Part shown: positions 27,816 through 41,883 of the stretch, one piece after another
How positions within the stretch are numbered: position 1 is the stretch's first letter
Layout of the letters: each line of letters begins with the position of its first letter
Origin: Deltaproteobacteria bacterium
GTDB taxonomy: Bacteria; UBA10199; JADGCS01
Assembly (NCBI GenBank): GCA_024233595.1
Contig: JACKPK010000001.1
Coordinates: forward strand, 267,665 to 331,664
Reading direction: 5' to 3'
Length of the DNA: 64,000 bases
Translations under genes and position numbers: made by a program
Notes under the pieces: generated by a model
What the model saw: only the letters and a program-made list of their open reading frames with translations
Told to the model about the DNA's origin: nothing
Databases searched by the model: none

Positions 27816-29903
27816 TCAGGCATAACCTCTGATGCGAGCTACAATTTCTTGCTGCACCGCTGCAGGCACTTGCTGATACCCTTGCACCATCATGGTGTAA
27901 GACGCTCGTCCTTGACTCACAGACCGAAGGTCTGTTGCGTAGCCAAACATCTTAGCCAATGGAACCAACGCATCGATCACTTGAGCAACCCCACGCTTTT
28001 CCATTTTCAAAACTTTTCCTCGACGAGCATTCAAATCCGCAATCACATCTCCCATAAACTCATCGGGACTCACCACTTCGACTTTCATGAGTGGCTCTAA
28101 AATAACTGGTTCTGCTTTTAAAACAGCCTCTCTAAAACAGAGAGAAGCAGCCACCTTAAAAGAAATCTCTGTGCTATCTTCATCGCTGTGCTCCAAAGCC
28201 AACAACTCGGCTTTTAAATTAATCACAGGATAACCAGCAACAACACCATTGTCTAAAGACTCACGCACACCTGATCGAACAGCTTCAATAAATTCTTTTG
28301 GCACCGTTTTGGAATCGATGGCGTCAACAAACTCAAACTCACCCTCTTCCAAATGAGAAAACCTCAACGTCACTTTTGCAAAATGCTTTTGGCTACCAAC
28401 AACCTTGTCGTAAACAACACTGTGTTCAACAGATTGCTGAATTGTTTCCCGGTAAGCAACCTGAGGCCGCCCAACATTGGCACCCACTTTAAACTCTCTT
28501 AAAAGTCGATCTGTGATGATCTCCAAATGCAATTCACCCATTCCCGACAAAATAATCTGCCCAGACTCTTCGTCAGTCCGCACTTTAAAAGTGGGATCCT
28601 CTAACATGAGACGGTCAAGCGATTCAGACAATTTGTCTTGATCAGCCTTAGTCTTGGGTTCAACAGCCAGATTAATCACTGGCTCAGGAATATTGAGACG
28701 CTCTAAAACAATTGGCTTTTCTTGATCCGCAAGCGTGTCACCCGTTTTTGTGAAACGCAAACCAACCACCGCCACAATATCACCAGCTTCAGCAACCTGA
28801 ATCTCTTCTCTTTTGTTGGCGTGAATTTGTAAAAGCTTACCAACACGCTCCTTCTTGTTAGAGGAAACATTATAAACATGCTTACCCACCTGAAAGGAAC
28901 CGGAATAAACTCTCATGAAACAAACACTGCCCACAAAAGGATCTGACATGATCTTAAAAGCCAAAGCAGAGAATGGCTCTTTGACAGATGGCTTGCGCTG
29001 CATTTTTTGCTGCCCATCAGGAGAGACTCCATCGACAGGAGGCAAATCCAAAGGACTTGGCAACAAACGCACAACAGCATCCAACAAAGGCTGCACACCT
29101 TTATTTTTAAATGCCGAACCACAAAGCACCGGCACACACTGTTGCTTAAGACAAGACTGTCTTAAGGCAGCCCAGATTTGCTCTGGATCAATTTCTTTGC
29201 CTTCAAGATACGCCTCTAAAAGAGAATCATCTTGCTCAGAAACAATCTCAAGCAAATGCTCACGAGCTTTCGCCACATCATCTTTAAGATCAGCAGGCAC
29301 TTCTGCTAATTCAAAGGTATCACCTAATTCAGTTTTCCAAAGAACAGCCTGATTGGAAATAATATCAACAACACCAGCAAAATCCGCTTCTTTTCCAATC
29401 GGGATTTGAATCGGCAAAGGCTTATGCCCCAACCGTTCCGAAATCTGATCAACACATTGGTTAAAATCTGCCCCCACGCGATCCATTTTATTAATGAATG
29501 CGATCCGAGGAACTTTATATTTGTCAGCCTGCCGCCAAACCGTTTCACTTTGTGGCTCAACACCACCGACAGCACAAAACACACCAACAACACCATCCAA
29601 AACCCTCAAGCTACGCTCGACCTCAATCGTGAAATCAACATGCCCAGGCGTATCAATGATATTGATTTTGCAATCCTTCCAAAAACAGGTGGTCGCAGCC
29701 GAAGTGATTGTGATGCCTCGCTCTTGCTCTTGAGCCATCCAATCCATGGTCGCAGTCCCTTCATGGACCTCACCCATTTTATGAAGACGACCAGTGTAAA
29801 ATAAAATACGCTCGGTCGTTGTGGTTTTGCCGGCATCAATATGCGCAACAATCCCAATGTTTCTTAATTTTGAAAGATCAAAACTGGCCGGGCCACTAGC
29901 CAT
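27816..29903 (-). CDS. fusA: Elongation factor G
   Basis: 695 aa with '[12 protein letters not shown]' and 'DTPGHVDF'. Confidence 0.97.
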   Translation of the reverse strand: MASGPASFDLSKLRNIGIVAHIDAGKTTTTERILFYTGRLHKMGEVHEGTATMDWMAQEQERGITITSAATTCFWKDCKINIIDTPGHVDFTIEVERSLRVLDGVVGVFCAVGGVEPQSETVWRQADKYKVPRIAFINKMDRVGADFNQCVDQISERLGHKPLPIQIPIGKEADFAGVVDIISNQAVLWKTELGDTFELAEVPADLKDDVAKAREHLLEIVSEQDDSLLEAYLEGKEIDPEQIWAALRQSCLKQQCVPVLCGSAFKNKGVQPLLDAVVRLLPSPLDLPPVDGVSPDGQQKMQRKPSVKEPFSALAFKIMSDPFVGSVCFMRVYSGSFQVGKHVYNVSSNKKERVGKLLQIHANKREEIQVAEAGDIVAVVGLRFTKTGDTLADQEKPIVLERLNIPEPVINLAVEPKTKADQDKLSESLDRLMLEDPTFKVRTDEESGQIILSGMGELHLEIITDRLLREFKVGANVGRPQVAYRETIQQSVEHSVVYDKVVGSQKHFAKVTLRFSHLEEGEFEFVDAIDSKTVPKEFIEAVRSGVRESLDNGVVAGYPVINLKAELLALEHSDEDSTEISFKVAASLCFREAVLKAEPVILEPLMKVEVVSPDEFMGDVIADLNARRGKVLKMEKRGVAQVIDALVPLAKMFGYATDLRSVSQGRASYTMMVQGYQQVPAAVQQEIVARIRGYA

Positions 29904-29924
29904 GCCATACCCCTAAAATAAACC

Positions 29925-30395
29925 TTACCAACGGAAGTGAGAAAACGCTCTGTTGGCCTCAGCCATTTTATGAACATCTTCACGCTTCTTCATTGCCGCA
30001 CCACGTTTTTGAACAGCATCCATAAGCTCAGCTGCCAAACGCTGCTCCATACTTTTTTCTCCGCGAGAACGAGCCGCTGCAATAATCCAACGCATTGCCA
30101 AAGCAATCTTACGATCAGCACGCACCTCAACAGGAACCTGGTAGTTTGAACCGCCAACACGGCGAGAACGAACTTCCAAATGCGGCTTCACGTTATCCAT
30201 AGCTTGACGAAAAACTTTCAAACCATCTTCACCGGTTTTTTCTTCGATCACGTCAACACAGCCGTAAAAAACTTTTTCAGCAACGCTCTTTTTACCATCC
30301 CACATAAGGCGATTGATAAATTTACTTATCGTTTTATCGCGAAACTTTGGATCGGGATTGATTTTTCTTTTAGGCGCTTGTCCTTTTCTACTCAT
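29925..30395 (-). CDS. rpsG: 30S ribosomal protein S7
   Basis: 156 aa in the str-operon order. Confidence 0.96.
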   Translation of the reverse strand: MSRKGQAPKRKINPDPKFRDKTISKFINRLMWDGKKSVAEKVFYGCVDVIEEKTGEDGLKVFRQAMDNVKPHLEVRSRRVGGSNYQVPVEVRADRKIALAMRWIIAAARSRGEKSMEQRLAAELMDAVQKRGAAMKKREDVHKMAEANRAFSHFRW

Positions 30396-30425
30396 AAGTC
30401 AGACCTTTATTTAAAAGCTAAAACC

Positions 30426-30797
30426 TTACTTGGGTCGCTTAGCACCGTACTTAGAACGACGCTGACGACGCTTTTCAACACCATGCGTATCATGCGAACC
30501 GCGCACGATATGGTAACGCACACCTGGCAAATCTTTTACACGACCACCGCGAATCAATACCACGGAGTGTTCTTGTAAGTTATGACCTTCTCCAGGAATA
30601 TAGGAAGTCACCTCGATACCGTTCGTTAAACGCACACGAGCCACCTTACGAAGAGCCGAGTTCGGTTTCTTAGGGGTTGTTGTGTACACACGCACACAAA
30701 CACCGCGCTTTTGAGGACAACTATCCAATGCAGGAGAAGATGTTTTATAAACCTTCTTCTTGCGACCTTTTTTAATAAGCTGATTAATAGTAGGCAT
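30426..30797 (-). CDS. rpsL: 30S ribosomal protein S12
   Basis: 123 aa with '[12 protein letters not shown]' and '[10 protein letters not shown]'. Confidence 0.97.
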   Translation of the reverse strand: MPTINQLIKKGRKKKVYKTSSPALDSCPQKRGVCVRVYTTTPKKPNSALRKVARVRLTNGIEVTSYIPGEGHNLQEHSVVLIRGGRVKDLPGVRYHIVRGSHDTHGVEKRRQRRSKYGAKRPK

Positions 30798-30882
30798 ATT
30801 TTCTCTTAATCCTATCTGTAAACACTTGAATTTATTAAATAAATTCTAAAAAATCGATACAAACCGACAAAAGTGGGCGGTT

Positions 30883-30910
30883 TTTATCAAAACACTAATA
30901 AAACTGTCAA
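30883..30910 (-). promoter_or_regulatory. Candidate sigma70 promoter of the str operon (rpsL-rpsG-fusA-tuf)
   Basis: The minus strand reads TTGACA (30905-30910), a 16-nt spacer, then GATAAA (30883-30888). It lies ~85 nt upstream of the rpsL ATG. Pattern only. Confidence 0.35.
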
Positions 30911-31132
30911 GAAGCCTCTGGGAGGCTAAGTCAAATAATTTAATTAATACGACAGTTTCACGATCTCTTCCGTGAAACTTGTGACGGACCCAGGCTTTCC
31001 CCGAGCCATCTTTATTTTCTCTTAAAGAAGAGCGGCCGCTCTAACATAACTTGCTAGGCGGCCACAACAAAATAATATTTATTTTTTACCCGGCTAAAAA
31101 CCTCTATTTTCCGGTATTCTAGCCTTTAAATT

Positions 31133-34100
31133 TTAAGCAATAGCCTGCTGATCTTCTGATTCAGCGCCTTCGTCATTATCTTCTTTATCCGCTTCTAGAA
31201 CAGCTGCTTTGACCTCTTGGTACTCTTGCAAACCTGTTCCTGCTGGAATCAAACGACCCATGATCACGTTCTCTTTAAGGCCTCTTAGCTTATCGACCTT
31301 ACCCGAGATCGCCGCTTCTGTGAGAACCTTAGTGGTTTCTTGGAAGGACGCCGCTGAAATGAAGCTTTCTGTTGTCAACGAAGCCTTGGTGATACCCAAG
31401 AGCAATGGTTCCGCAATGGCCAATTTGCCTTTTTTCTTCTTAATAGAATCATTGGCTTCATCGAACACAAAACGGTCAACAGGCTCGTCGATCAAGAACG
31501 TTGAATCGCCTGGCTCAACAACGCGAACCTTAGACAACATCTGACGAACAATCACTTCGATGTGCTTATCGTTAATTTTCACACCTTGTAAGCGGTAAAC
31601 CTCTTGCACCTCATCTGTTAGGTATTTAGCCAAGGCTTTTTCACCCAATACTTTGAGGATATCGTGAGGATTCGAAGAACCATCCATAAGAGGCTCACCA
31701 GCTTTCACATACTCACCTTCGTGAACTGTGATGTGCTTGCCTTTAGGAATGAGGTACTCGTAAGCATCTCCCACTTCAGGAGTCACAATAACTTTTCGTT
31801 TGCCTTTGGTGTCTTTACCAAATGAAATCACACCATCAATTTCAGAAATGATTGCGCAATCTTTTGGCTTTCTGGCTTCAAAAAGCTCAGCAACACGTGG
31901 AAGACCACCGGTAATATCTTTTGTTTTGGTAGTTTCACGAGGAATCTTCGCCAAAACATCACCCGCTTTAATTGTATCACCGTGGTTACAAACAATGTTT
32001 GTGCCCACTGGCAACAAGTAACGAGCATCAACACCCGATGGCAACTTAATGCCTTCGCCATTTTCGTCACGAAGAACGATACGAGGACGCTGATCTTTGT
32101 TTTTAGATTCAACAATGATCTTACGTGAACGACCAGTCACCTCATCGATGACCTCTTGCATTGATTGGCCTTCGATCACGTCATCAAATTCAACCTTACC
32201 ATCAACCTCTGTCAAAATCGGCACGGTGTATGGATCCCAGTCAGCCACAAGCTGTTTTGCTTTCACTTCTTCACCGTCTTTAACATGAAGGATCGCACCA
32301 TAAATAACAGGGTAACGCTCACGCTCACGGCCGGTGCTATCAACGATAAGGACCTCACCATGACGATTCATCACAGTGATTTTGCCCTCTTTGTTGATAA
32401 CGAAACGAACGTTGTTGTATTTCACTTTACCTTCGTGGCGAGTTTCCAAAGTCGATTGTTCCGCTTGCTTGGTTGCCGCACCACCAATGTGGAAGGTTCT
32501 CATTGTAAGCTGAGTACCAGGCTCACCAATACTTTGAGCAGCGATCACACCAACCGACTCACCAATGTTCACTTTTGAACCACGAGATAAATCGCGTCCA
32601 TAACAAGAAATACAAACACCGCGACGGCTTTCACAAGTCAACACGGAGCGAATCAGAACTTTTTCGATACCCGATTCTTCGATCTTCTCGACAATCTCTT
32701 CGTCGATCTCTTGACCAGCTTCACAAATCACTGAGTCAGAGAATGTATCGATAATGTCTTCTGCAGCAACGCGACCCAAGATACGGTCACCAAGGCTTTC
32801 GATCACTTCACCACTTTCAATCAATGGAGTCATCTCAAGACCTTCAATCGTACCACAATCTTGTTCACCAACAATAACATCCTGAGACACGTCTACCAAA
32901 CGGCGAGTCAGGTAACCCGAGTTCGCTGTTTTCAAGGCCGTATCCGCCAAACCTTTACGAGCACCGTTTGTTGAAATGAAGTACTGAAGAACGGTCAAGC
33001 CTTCACGGAAGTTAGCGGTAATCGGTGTTTCGATGATCTCACCAGAAGGTTTAGCCATCAAACCACGCATACCAGACAACTGACGCATTTGCTGTTGAGA
33101 ACCACGAGCACCAGAGTCAGCCATCATGTAAATAGAGTTAAACGATGGGATTTTCTTTTCGTTTCCTTCAGGGTCTTTCACCATTTGGAAACTCATGTTC
33201 TGCATCATTTCTTGAGTCACAACATCAGTTGTTTGAGCCCAGATATCGACCACTTTGTTGTAGCGTTCGCCATCAGTGATCAAACCTTCTGTGTATTGGT
33301 TCTCAATTTCAGAAACCTGCTCATACGCTTTTTCGATAAGAGGTTCTTTAGAATCAGGAACAATCATGTCATCCAAACAAATCGAAATCCCTGCTTTTGT
33401 AGAATACTGGAAGCCCATGTTCTTAAGACGGTCAGCAAGCAACACGGTTTCTTTGTTACCAGCAACGCGGTAGCAATCGTCGATCAAACCACCAATGGCT
33501 TTTTTATCCATGGTTTTGTTGATGGCGCTAAACGGAATCGCTTTGGGCAATACTGTTGCTAAAATACAACGACCTGTTGTTGAGTCGATCAACTCACCTT
33601 CAAGGCGAACCTTGATTTTTGCTTGAAGATCCAAACAACCATGATCGTAAGCAACTTGAACTTCATCAAAGTCAGCAAATACACGGCCCTCACCTTTGCA
33701 GAAAGGTCTTTCACGAGTCATGTAATACAAACCAAGAACCATATCTTGAGTTGGAACAATGATCGGCTTGCCGTTTGCTGGAGAAAGAATATTGTTCGTG
33801 CTCATCATCAAAACACGAGCTTCAATTTGAGCTTCGATAGACAAAGGCACGTGAACGGCCATTTGGTCACCATCAAAGTCGGCGTTAAAAGCCACACACA
33901 CAAGAGGATGCAAACGAATGGCCTTGCCCTCAATAAGGACAGGTTCAAATGCTTGAATACCAAGACGGTGCAAGGTTGGAGCACGGTTAAGCATAACAGG
34001 ATGCTCTTTGATCACCTCTTCGAGGATATCGAAAACCTCGGGAAGCTCGTTTTCAACCATCTTACGAGCACTTTTGATTGTTGAGGCCAATCCTTTACGC

Positions 34101-35254
34101 TCAAGCTTGTTGTAAATAAAAGGTTTGAATAGCTCGAGGGCCATTTTTTTAGGAAGACCACATTGGTGTAAACGCAAATCAGGTCCAACCACAATCACCG
34201 AACGACCAGAGTAATCGACACGTTTACCCAAAAGGTTCAAACGGAAACGACCTTGCTTGCCTTTGATCATGTCGGACAAAGAACGCAATGGACGCTTGTT
34301 AGCACCCGTGAAAACTTTACCACGACGACCGTTATCAAGAAGAGCATCAACCGCTTCTTGTAACATACGCATTTCGTTACGAATGATGATCTCAGGAGCA
34401 TTGAGCTCTTGCAATCTTTGCAAACGGTTATTTCTGTTGATCACACGACGGTAAAGGTCATTCAAATCAGAAGTTGCAAAACGACCACCTTCGAGTGGAA
34501 CCAAAGGTCTAAGATCCGGTGGAATCACAGGCACCACTTCAAGCATCATCCACTCAGGACGGTTGCTTGATTCACGGAAAGATAAAATCACCTTAAGGCG
34601 TTTTGAAAGTTTTTTCTTGGTTGCTTCTGATTCGGTTTTAGCAAGCGCTTGATTCACTTTTTTGAACTCTTCGTCTAAATCCATTTTGCGAAGAAGTTCT
34701 TGAATCGCAACACCACCCATGCCGGCGACAAAATCACCACCAAATTCAGAACGAGCATTTTGATACTCTTCTTCATCAAGAACCTGAGCGGTATCAAGAT
34801 TTGTGCTACCTGGATCCAAAACAACGTAGGATTCAAAATAAAGCACTTTTTCTAAATTTTTAAGTGTGATGTTCAACAAGGTCCCAATGCGTGAAGGCAG
34901 GGATTTTAAAAACCAAATGTGAGCAACCGGAGTTGCCAAATTGATGTGAGCCATGCGGTCACGGCGAACTTTAGATTGGATCACCTCAACACCACATTTT
35001 TCACAAACAATACCACGATGCTTCATGCGTTTGTATTTTCCGCAGTTACATTCGTAATCTTTAACAGGTCCAAAGATTTTCGCACAAAACAAACCATCAC
35101 GTTCAGGCTTGAATGTTCTGTAGTTGATGGTTTCGGGTTTTTTCACCTCACCATGAGACCATGACCGGATCATCTCCGGACTTGCTAAGCCAAGTTTAAT
35201 GGCTTTGTAGCTTTGAGGGCTCTTGGGTTTTTCGAAAAAAATTGAAATATCCAT
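31133..35254 (-). CDS. rpoC: DNA-directed RNA polymerase subunit beta'
   Basis: 1373 aa with the Zn-finger '[20 protein letters not shown]' and the catalytic motif 'NADFDGDQM'. Confidence 0.98.
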   Translation of the reverse strand: MDISIFFEKPKSPQSYKAIKLGLASPEMIRSWSHGEVKKPETINYRTFKPERDGLFCAKIFGPVKDYECNCGKYKRMKHRGIVCEKCGVEVIQSKVRRDRMAHINLATPVAHIWFLKSLPSRIGTLLNITLKNLEKVLYFESYVVLDPGSTNLDTAQVLDEEEYQNARSEFGGDFVAGMGGVAIQELLRKMDLDEEFKKVNQALAKTESEATKKKLSKRLKVILSFRESSNRPEWMMLEVVPVIPPDLRPLVPLEGGRFATSDLNDLYRRVINRNNRLQRLQELNAPEIIIRNEMRMLQEAVDALLDNGRRGKVFTGANKRPLRSLSDMIKGKQGRFRLNLLGKRVDYSGRSVIVVGPDLRLHQCGLPKKMALELFKPFIYNKLERKGLASTIKSARKMVENELPEVFDILEEVIKEHPVMLNRAPTLHRLGIQAFEPVLIEGKAIRLHPLVCVAFNADFDGDQMAVHVPLSIEAQIEARVLMMSTNNILSPANGKPIIVPTQDMVLGLYYMTRERPFCKGEGRVFADFDEVQVAYDHGCLDLQAKIKVRLEGELIDSTTGRCILATVLPKAIPFSAINKTMDKKAIGGLIDDCYRVAGNKETVLLADRLKNMGFQYSTKAGISICLDDMIVPDSKEPLIEKAYEQVSEIENQYTEGLITDGERYNKVVDIWAQTTDVVTQEMMQNMSFQMVKDPEGNEKKIPSFNSIYMMADSGARGSQQQMRQLSGMRGLMAKPSGEIIETPITANFREGLTVLQYFISTNGARKGLADTALKTANSGYLTRRLVDVSQDVIVGEQDCGTIEGLEMTPLIESGEVIESLGDRILGRVAAEDIIDTFSDSVICEAGQEIDEEIVEKIEESGIEKVLIRSVLTCESRRGVCISCYGRDLSRGSKVNIGESVGVIAAQSIGEPGTQLTMRTFHIGGAATKQAEQSTLETRHEGKVKYNNVRFVINKEGKITVMNRHGEVLIVDSTGRERERYPVIYGAILHVKDGEEVKAKQLVADWDPYTVPILTEVDGKVEFDDVIEGQSMQEVIDEVTGRSRKIIVESKNKDQRPRIVLRDENGEGIKLPSGVDARYLLPVGTNIVCNHGDTIKAGDVLAKIPRETTKTKDITGGLPRVAELFEARKPKDCAIISEIDGVISFGKDTKGKRKVIVTPEVGDAYEYLIPKGKHITVHEGEYVKAGEPLMDGSSNPHDILKVLGEKALAKYLTDEVQEVYRLQGVKINDKHIEVIVRQMLSKVRVVEPGDSTFLIDEPVDRFVFDEANDSIKKKKGKLAIAEPLLLGITKASLTTESFISAASFQETTKVLTEAAISGKVDKLRGLKENVIMGRLIPAGTGLQEYQEVKAAVLEADKEDNDEGAESEDQQAIA

Positions 35255-35322
35255 AATGACCTTTTGATTATTTAAAACCTAGTTAGAACAACACACTTAT
35301 ACTTTATAATATAAGTGGATCC

Positions 35323-38300
35323 TTACTTCTCTTCGACCAATTCTACGTTGAGACAAAGACCTTGCATTTCTTTCATCAAGACCTTGAATGACTCTGGCAA
35401 ACCAGGCTCAAGAGTATGATCACCTTTTACAACGCGCTCATACATTCTGGTTCGACCAACAACGTCGTCGGATTTTACAGTGAGGAACTCTTGCAAGCTG
35501 TAAGCTGCACCATAGGCTTCCAATGCCCACACTTCCATCTCACCCAAACGCTGGCCACCAAACTGAGCTTTACCACCCAATGGTTGTTGCGTCACAAGTG
35601 AGTATGGTCCGATTGAACGTGCGTGAATCTTATCGTCAACCAAGTGATGCAATTTAAGCATGTACATCACACCAACAGTCACAGAGTTTTCAAAAGCTTC
35701 CCCTGTGCGGCCGTCAAACAACAAGCTTTGGCCACTGGAATCTTCACCAGCACATTCCAAAAGTTCTTTGATCTCGCCTTCGTTAGCACCATCAAACACG
35801 TTGGTGGCAAAACGGATTCCATCTTTGACATCACGACAGAAAGCAATAAGCTCTTTGTCATCCATGCCATTGATTTTATCGATAAACTGTTGGTTGCCTT
35901 TGTAAACAAGGTTTAAAACCTCAATGGCTTTATCGCGATTGAAGGATCTTTCTACCATGCGCTCAAGGCGTTGGCCAACACGCAACCCGGCCCAGCCTAA
36001 GTGCGTTTCTAAAATCTGACCGATGTTCATACGACTTGGCACACCAAGCGGATTCAACACGATATCAACTGGTGTTCCATCTTCAAGGTAAGGCATGTCT
36101 TCTTCAGGAAGAATCATACTCACGACACCTTTGTTACCATGACGACCAGCCATTTTATCGCCCACCATGATCTTACGTTTGATCGCGATGTACACCTTAA
36201 CAAGCTTGATCACTCCTGGAGGAAGATCATCGCCCTTTTTAAGTTTACTGACTTTTTGGTCGTACATCATGGCGACCATGTCGATTTGATCTTCCATGTC
36301 ATCGAACATCTCTTCGATTTGCTCTTCGACTTCTTCATCTTCAACAGAAATGTTTTTCCAGTGCGAAATAGCAACTTTGTTCAAGATGTCGTTTGTGATT
36401 TTTTTACCACCTTGCAACACGGCTTTTTCGTTTTCGTTCACGATTGTTGCCGATGCTGTTTGACCAATCAATAGCTGACGCAATTGTTTATCGTAGCTCA
36501 TTTGAATGGCTTTGATTTCGTCAATTTGGTCTTTTTTAAGTTTCTTAGTGGCTTGAGACTGTTGATCCTTAGCACGATCATCAAGCTCAACACCTTCACG
36601 AGAAAAGATCTGAGTCGCGATCACAGTGCCAACAACCCCAGGTCCAACACGAAGTGAAGTGTCTTTTACATCACCGGCTTTTTCACCAAAGATAGCTCGC
36701 AAAAGTTTTTCTTCAGGAGAAAGCTGTGTTTCACCTTTAGGTGTGATTTTACCAACCAAAATGTCGCCAGCGCGAACTTCTGCACCAATACGAATCAAAC
36801 CAGTTTCGTCTAGGTTACGCAGAGCTTCTTCGCCAACATTCGGGATATCACGCGTGATCTCTTCTTTACCCAATTTGGTATCACGAGCCACACATTCAAA
36901 TTCTTCAATGTGAATCGATGTGAGAACATCTTCACGAGAAAGTTTTTCAGAAAGAAGAATCGAATCTTCGAAGTTATAACCACCCCATGGCATAAAGGCC
37001 ACGACAAGGTTTTTACCCAAAGCCAATTCACCGCGATCTGTTGATGGACCATCAGCAATCACATCACCCGCTTCGACCTTCATGCCTGGGCTCACCAAAA
37101 CACGTTGGTTGATACAAGTGTTCTGGTTCGAACGTTGGTATTTAATCAAATTGTAGATGTCGATTTCAGAACTGGTTTCTTTCTTTTTAACTTTATCCGC
37201 TTTGATCACAATACGAGAAGCATCAGCAGTCATGATGGTTCCTGCTCGTTTTGCAACCACAGTCACACCAGAATCACGAGCAACAACACTTTCCATGCCT
37301 GTTCCCACGATTGGTGATGCGCCTTCTAACAAAGGCACCGCTTGACGTTGCATGTTTGAACCCATCAAAGCACGGTTCGCATCATCATGCTCCAAGAACG
37401 GAATCATAGAAGCCGCGATACTCACAAGCTGGTTTGGAGACACGTCCATCAAACCAACATCGTCTCGAGCCACCAAAGTGAACTCGCCATCACGACGACA
37501 AGAAATGTATTCGTTTACAAAACGCTTGTTGTCATCCAACTCGGCATTGGCCTGTGCAATGGCGTGCTTTTCTTCATCCAAAGCAGTAAAGTAACGCACC
37601 TCATCTTGCACAATACCCTCTTTAACCAAGCGGTAAGGTGTTTCGATAAAACCGTACTCGTTAACACGCGCGTAAGCAGACAAAGAAGTGATCAAACCAA
37701 TGTTTGGACCTTCTGGAGTTTCAATTGGGCAAACACGACCATAGTGCGTTGGGTGCACATCGCGAACTTCAAAGCCCGCACGATCACGAGTCAAACCACC
37801 AGGACCCAAGGCTGACAAACGACGCTTGTGTGTGATCTCTGAAAGCGGGTTTGTTTGGTCCATGAACTGAGACAACTGAGAAGAACCAAAAAATTCTTTC
37901 ACAACAGCCGACACAGGCTTAGCGTTGATCAAATCGTTTGGCATGAGCGTTTCAATTTCTTGCAAGCTCATGCGTTCTTTGATGGCGCGCTCCATACGAA
38001 CCAAACCAATGCGGTATTGGTTTTCAAGCAGCTCACCCACAGCACGCACACGACGGTTACCAAGATGGTCAATATCGTCGACGCTACCAAAACCGTCTTT
38101 AAGACGACAAAGGTATCTGGTGATGTGTAAAATATCTTCTTTGCGAAGCGTTGTTTGTTCCAATGGAACATCAAAGCTAAACTTGTGATTAATTTTAAGA
38201 CGACCAACTTTTGATAAATCGTAGCGATCGGCATTAAAGAAAAGGTTTTCAAAAAGTGTTTTTGCCGCTTCTAATGTGGAAGGATCACCTGGGCGCAAAC

Positions 38301-39429
38301 GCTTGTAAATTTCGATAATCGCTTCATCAGGAGATGTGACTTTATCGGTTAACAAGGTGTTGCGGATATAACCACCAACGTTAAGGTTATCGATGTAAAG
38401 AAGTTGGAATTCAGTGACTCCTGCAGAAATAACAGCGTCTAGGTTTTCTTCTGTAACAACATCGTTACACTCGGCCAAAACTTCGCCAGTGCTCTCATCA
38501 ACAATGTCTTTTGCATAAACACGGCCAATGAGCTCTTCTTTGTCGATGCCAAACTCTTTAACTTTGAGTTCTTCTAATCTTTTAAGAACACGTTTTGTGA
38601 ACTTGCCATCTTTTTTAACAAGAACTTCTTTTTCGCCTGGGATCTTGATGTCTTTTGAAGCTCTGCGGAAACCAATTGTGTTTTCATTGATCACCAAATT
38701 GAACTTTTTAGATTCCACACGAATTGTTTCGTTTTCGTAGAAGTAATCAAGAATTTCTTCCACGCTCATTTCTAAGGCGCGCAACAAAACCGTAGCAGGA
38801 ATTTTACGACGACGGTCAATACGAACGTACAAAAGATCTTTTGTATCAAATTCAAAATCCAACCAAGAACCACGGTAAGGGATCACGCGGGCAGAATAAA
38901 GCAACTTACCAGAAGCATGAGTTTTACCTTTATCATGTTCAAAGAACACACCAGGAGAACGGTGCAACTGAGACACAATCACACGCTCAACCCCGTTGAT
39001 GATAAAAGTCCCGTTTTGGGTCATTAAAGGGATTGTACCAAAGTAAACTTCTTGTTCTTTAACGTCACGAATGGTTTGGGCTTCTTCACCACCTTCGTTG
39101 TCCCAAACAACCAAGCGCACAACCACTTTCATGGGCGCTTCGTATGTCATACCGCGCTGGCGACATTCTTGCACATCGTAACGAGGCTTCTCAAAGCTAT
39201 AGCTAACAAATTCAAGAGAAGCAGTATTGTTAAAATCTTTTATGGGGAATACACTTTTAAAGACGGACTGGAGCCCTAACTCATCACGACCATCACTGGA
39301 AGCACCCATCTGCAAAAAGTTTTCGTATGATTGCTTTTGAACATCAATCAGATTGGGGATGTCGACTATTTTTTCGATACGGGAAAAATCTTTTCTTAAA
39401 CGATAAAGGTCAGAAACTGACTTGGGCAT
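35323..39429 (-). CDS. rpoB: DNA-directed RNA polymerase subunit beta
   Basis: 1368 aa including the rifampicin-cluster region '[34 protein letters not shown]'. Confidence 0.98.
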   Translation of the reverse strand: MPKSVSDLYRLRKDFSRIEKIVDIPNLIDVQKQSYENFLQMGASSDGRDELGLQSVFKSVFPIKDFNNTASLEFVSYSFEKPRYDVQECRQRGMTYEAPMKVVVRLVVWDNEGGEEAQTIRDVKEQEVYFGTIPLMTQNGTFIINGVERVIVSQLHRSPGVFFEHDKGKTHASGKLLYSARVIPYRGSWLDFEFDTKDLLYVRIDRRRKIPATVLLRALEMSVEEILDYFYENETIRVESKKFNLVINENTIGFRRASKDIKIPGEKEVLVKKDGKFTKRVLKRLEELKVKEFGIDKEELIGRVYAKDIVDESTGEVLAECNDVVTEENLDAVISAGVTEFQLLYIDNLNVGGYIRNTLLTDKVTSPDEAIIEIYKRLRPGDPSTLEAAKTLFENLFFNADRYDLSKVGRLKINHKFSFDVPLEQTTLRKEDILHITRYLCRLKDGFGSVDDIDHLGNRRVRAVGELLENQYRIGLVRMERAIKERMSLQEIETLMPNDLINAKPVSAVVKEFFGSSQLSQFMDQTNPLSEITHKRRLSALGPGGLTRDRAGFEVRDVHPTHYGRVCPIETPEGPNIGLITSLSAYARVNEYGFIETPYRLVKEGIVQDEVRYFTALDEEKHAIAQANAELDDNKRFVNEYISCRRDGEFTLVARDDVGLMDVSPNQLVSIAASMIPFLEHDDANRALMGSNMQRQAVPLLEGASPIVGTGMESVVARDSGVTVVAKRAGTIMTADASRIVIKADKVKKKETSSEIDIYNLIKYQRSNQNTCINQRVLVSPGMKVEAGDVIADGPSTDRGELALGKNLVVAFMPWGGYNFEDSILLSEKLSREDVLTSIHIEEFECVARDTKLGKEEITRDIPNVGEEALRNLDETGLIRIGAEVRAGDILVGKITPKGETQLSPEEKLLRAIFGEKAGDVKDTSLRVGPGVVGTVIATQIFSREGVELDDRAKDQQSQATKKLKKDQIDEIKAIQMSYDKQLRQLLIGQTASATIVNENEKAVLQGGKKITNDILNKVAISHWKNISVEDEEVEEQIEEMFDDMEDQIDMVAMMYDQKVSKLKKGDDLPPGVIKLVKVYIAIKRKIMVGDKMAGRHGNKGVVSMILPEEDMPYLEDGTPVDIVLNPLGVPSRMNIGQILETHLGWAGLRVGQRLERMVERSFNRDKAIEVLNLVYKGNQQFIDKINGMDDKELIAFCRDVKDGIRFATNVFDGANEGEIKELLECAGEDSSGQSLLFDGRTGEAFENSVTVGVMYMLKLHHLVDDKIHARSIGPYSLVTQQPLGGKAQFGGQRLGEMEVWALEAYGAAYSLQEFLTVKSDDVVGRTRMYERVVKGDHTLEPGLPESFKVLMKEMQGLCLNVELVEEK

Positions 39430-39465
39430 GAATGACTCCTTTTAAGGCAGTCTAGGTTCCAACGA

Positions 39466-39490
39466 GATGGTCCGGGATAACCGGACCATC
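39466..39490 (-). terminator. rplL-rpoB intergenic hairpin (candidate attenuator)
   Basis: Perfect 10-bp stem GATGGTCCGG / CCGGACCATC with a 5-nt loop. It lies between the rplL stop (39559) and the rpoB start (39429). No strong U-tract follows. Confidence 0.45.
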
Positions 39491-39558
39491 ATCGCAGAAC
39501 AAAATGTATATTCGTTTCGCTCAAACTATGAACGAACCAATTCTCAAATAACTTGTGA

Positions 39559-39933
39559 TTACTTGAGTTCAACTTTAGCACCAGCTTTTTCTAGTGCTTC
39601 TTTAATTTTGTTGGCTTCGTCTTTATCTACACCTTCTTTGATTACTTTAGGTGCGCTTTCGACGATGTCCTTGGCTTCTTTCAAACCGAGGCCAGTAAGA
39701 CTTCTTACTTCTTTAATAACTTCGATTTTCTTAGCGCCAACTTCTTTTAGCTCAACATCGAATTCAGTTTTTTCTTCAGCTGCAGCAGCGCCTGCTCCAG
39801 CTACGGCACCAGCTGCAATAGCCACAGGAGCGGCTGCTGATACACCAAACTTATCTTCGAATGCTTTGACTAATTCTGCGACTTCCAAAACAGTCATTTT
39901 GGAAACTGCTTCGACAATATCTTCTGTTGTCAT
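39559..39933 (-). CDS. rplL: 50S ribosomal protein L7/L12
   Basis: '[31 protein letters not shown]...'. The ATG at 39933 gives 124 aa. The ORF-track start at 39978 is too long. Confidence 0.95.
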   Translation of the reverse strand: MTTEDIVEAVSKMTVLEVAELVKAFEDKFGVSAAAPVAIAAGAVAGAGAAAAEEKTEFDVELKEVGAKKIEVIKEVRSLTGLGLKEAKDIVESAPKVIKEGVDKDEANKIKEALEKAGAKVELK

Positions 39934-39999
39934 AATAAAGTCTTTTTGATGATGGCTGGTCGTCAGCGTTACTGACAAACCAAGTCCGACTCAAAAAGA

Positions 40000-40524
40000 T
40001 TAAGCTGATTGTTCCTTCTGATCTTTGATGGCTCCCAAAACCGTCACCAACTGGCGAGGGATTTGAACCAAAACACTCACCAAGTTTGTTGCCGGCGCGT
40101 TGAGCGAACCCAACATTTTGGCAACAAGTTCCTCGCGGCTTGGCAAATCTGCCAAAGCTTTAAGGTCTTTAACTTCGAGTGTTTTACCATCTAAGCACCC
40201 AACCTTGATTTTGAGAGCGTCGTGCTCTTTTGCAAAGTTGGATATGACTTTTGCAGGCCCCGTTGGATCGCCTGAAGTTGTTGTCACGGCTGTCGTTCCA
40301 ACAAAGTGCTCCGCAATACCCTCTAAATCAGAGTCTTTTAAAGCAATCTTTGCCAAACGGTTTTTCACAACCTTGAAAGACGAATCAACTTCATGAAGCT
40401 TTCCACGCAAATCCGTAAGATCCGCGACCGAGAGCCCTTTGTAGTCGGTCAGAATCGTCAACTGAGCGTTTGCGAAACGAGCCTTTAGAGACTCAATTTC
40501 AGCTGCTTTTTCAGTACGATTCAT
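40000..40524 (-). CDS. rplJ: 50S ribosomal protein L10
   Basis: 'MNRTEKAAEIESLKARFANAQLTILTDYKGLSVADL'. The ATG at 40524 is preceded by AGGAAGGAG. Confidence 0.94.
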   Translation of the reverse strand: MNRTEKAAEIESLKARFANAQLTILTDYKGLSVADLTDLRGKLHEVDSSFKVVKNRLAKIALKDSDLEGIAEHFVGTTAVTTTSGDPTGPAKVISNFAKEHDALKIKVGCLDGKTLEVKDLKALADLPSREELVAKMLGSLNAPATNLVSVLVQIPRQLVTVLGAIKDQKEQSA

Positions 40525-40658
40525 CGCTTTCTCCTTCCTATTCGCCAAACAGGGTATAGATCTGATGAAGGTCAGCTCTTTACCGCCTATGAAGGACCAT
40601 CCCACCAAGGAATGAATTAAGCCTAAGCCCCTTCAGTCTCCGACGAACAAAAAAACCT
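40525..40658 (-). promoter_or_regulatory. Untranslated leader upstream of rplJ (position of the L10 autoregulatory leader)
   Basis: This is a 134-nt non-coding gap between the rplA stop and the rplJ start. The location matches the known L10(L12)4-binding leader. I did not verify a structure. Confidence 0.3.
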
Positions 40659-41357
40659 TTAACCCACCAATTTGGTCACTTCGGTGGCATCAACTTTGAC
40701 GCCAGGACCCATAGTGGAAGACAAACTCAAACTACGAATATAAACACCTTTTGCTGACTGAGGCTTGAGTTTGTTAACCGCTGCCAAAACAGCAGTTAAA
40801 TTATTTTTTAACTGATCGGCCGAGTAGCTCTTTTTACCAAAAGGAACATGCAAGATACCGGCTTTTTCATTACGAAATTCAACCTTACCCGCTTTGCAAT
40901 CCGAAACAGCTTTTTTAACATCCATGCTCACTGTTCCCAATTTTGGGTTAGGCATAAGACCACGAGGCCCTAAGATTTTACCAACCTTACTCACAACACC
41001 CATCATGTCAGGAGTTGCAACCACAGCATCAAAATCTAACCAGCCACCTTGGATTTTTTCGACTAAATCATCACCACCAACAAAATCAGCACCAGCATCT
41101 TTTGCTTCTGCTTCTTTAGGGCCTTTAGCGAAAACCAAAACACGCATTGTTTTTCCCAATCCCTCAGGAAGAACAACCGCGCCACGAACTTGCTGATCAG
41201 ATTGTTTAGGATCAATACCCAAACGAATCGATGCATCGAGTGTTTCATCAAATTTTGCAGTCGCGCCTTTTTTAACCAAATTCAACGCGTCGTCTAAAGC
41301 GTAACGCACTTGGGGTTTAATTTCGGAACGAATCTCTTTTTGCTTTTTACCAGCCAT
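40659..41357 (-). CDS. rplA: 50S ribosomal protein L1
   Basis: 232 aa in the L11-L1 operon position. Confidence 0.96.
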   Translation of the reverse strand: MAGKKQKEIRSEIKPQVRYALDDALNLVKKGATAKFDETLDASIRLGIDPKQSDQQVRGAVVLPEGLGKTMRVLVFAKGPKEAEAKDAGADFVGGDDLVEKIQGGWLDFDAVVATPDMMGVVSKVGKILGPRGLMPNPKLGTVSMDVKKAVSDCKAGKVEFRNEKAGILHVPFGKKSYSADQLKNNLTAVLAAVNKLKPQSAKGVYIRSLSLSSTMGPGVKVDATEVTKLVG

Positions 41358-41365
41358 GTTTTACC

Positions 41366-41791
41366 TCACCCTACAACTTCTAGGCCCATGCTACGCGCTG
41401 TACCACGAACAGTGTTAACAGCCGCTTCAATGGTGTGACAGTTCAAGTCAGGCAATTTGATTTTTGCAATCTCTTCAACCTGAGCCAATGTCACTTTACC
41501 AACTTTTTCTTTACCAGTCTGACCGGAACCCTTTTTCAACTTTGCCGCTTTCATCAACAAAACAGAAGCAGGAGGTGTCTTTAAAATAAAAGTAAAAGAA
41601 CGATCAGAATAAACTGTGATCACACAAGGAATGATCATTCCTGCATCTTTTTGCGTTGCCGCATTAAACTTTTTACAAAACTCCATGATGTTGACGCCAT
41701 GCTGACCCAAAGCAGGGCCAACTGGTGGAGCGGGGTTTGCCTGCCCAGCAGGACATTGAAGCTTGATGTATCCAACAGGTTTCTTTGCCAT
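41366..41791 (-). CDS. rplK: 50S ribosomal protein L11
   Basis: '[38 protein letters not shown]'. The ATG at 41791 gives 141 aa. Confidence 0.95.
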   Translation of the reverse strand: MAKKPVGYIKLQCPAGQANPAPPVGPALGQHGVNIMEFCKKFNAATQKDAGMIIPCVITVYSDRSFTFILKTPPASVLLMKAAKLKKGSGQTGKEKVGKVTLAQVEEIAKIKLPDLNCHTIEAAVNTVRGTARSMGLEVVG

Positions 41792-41883
41792 ATTCTTCAT
41801 ACCGAGATCACCCAAACCCAGGAGCGTGATTAAACACCACAAACCGAGAGCGATCTCAAATTACCCTTTAAAATGCTAAAACT

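Noticed and set aside
31029-31042. 14-nt palindrome AGAGCGGCCGCTCT, and a nearby TTTCACG...CGTGAAA hairpin, as the rpoC terminator.
   Set aside because: The palindrome leaves almost no loop, and neither structure is followed by a convincing U-tract. This is not enough to call a terminator.
39467-39949. 160-aa plus-strand ORF.
   Set aside because: It is antisense to rplL (the Ala-rich hinge gives an open reverse frame) and is an artefact.
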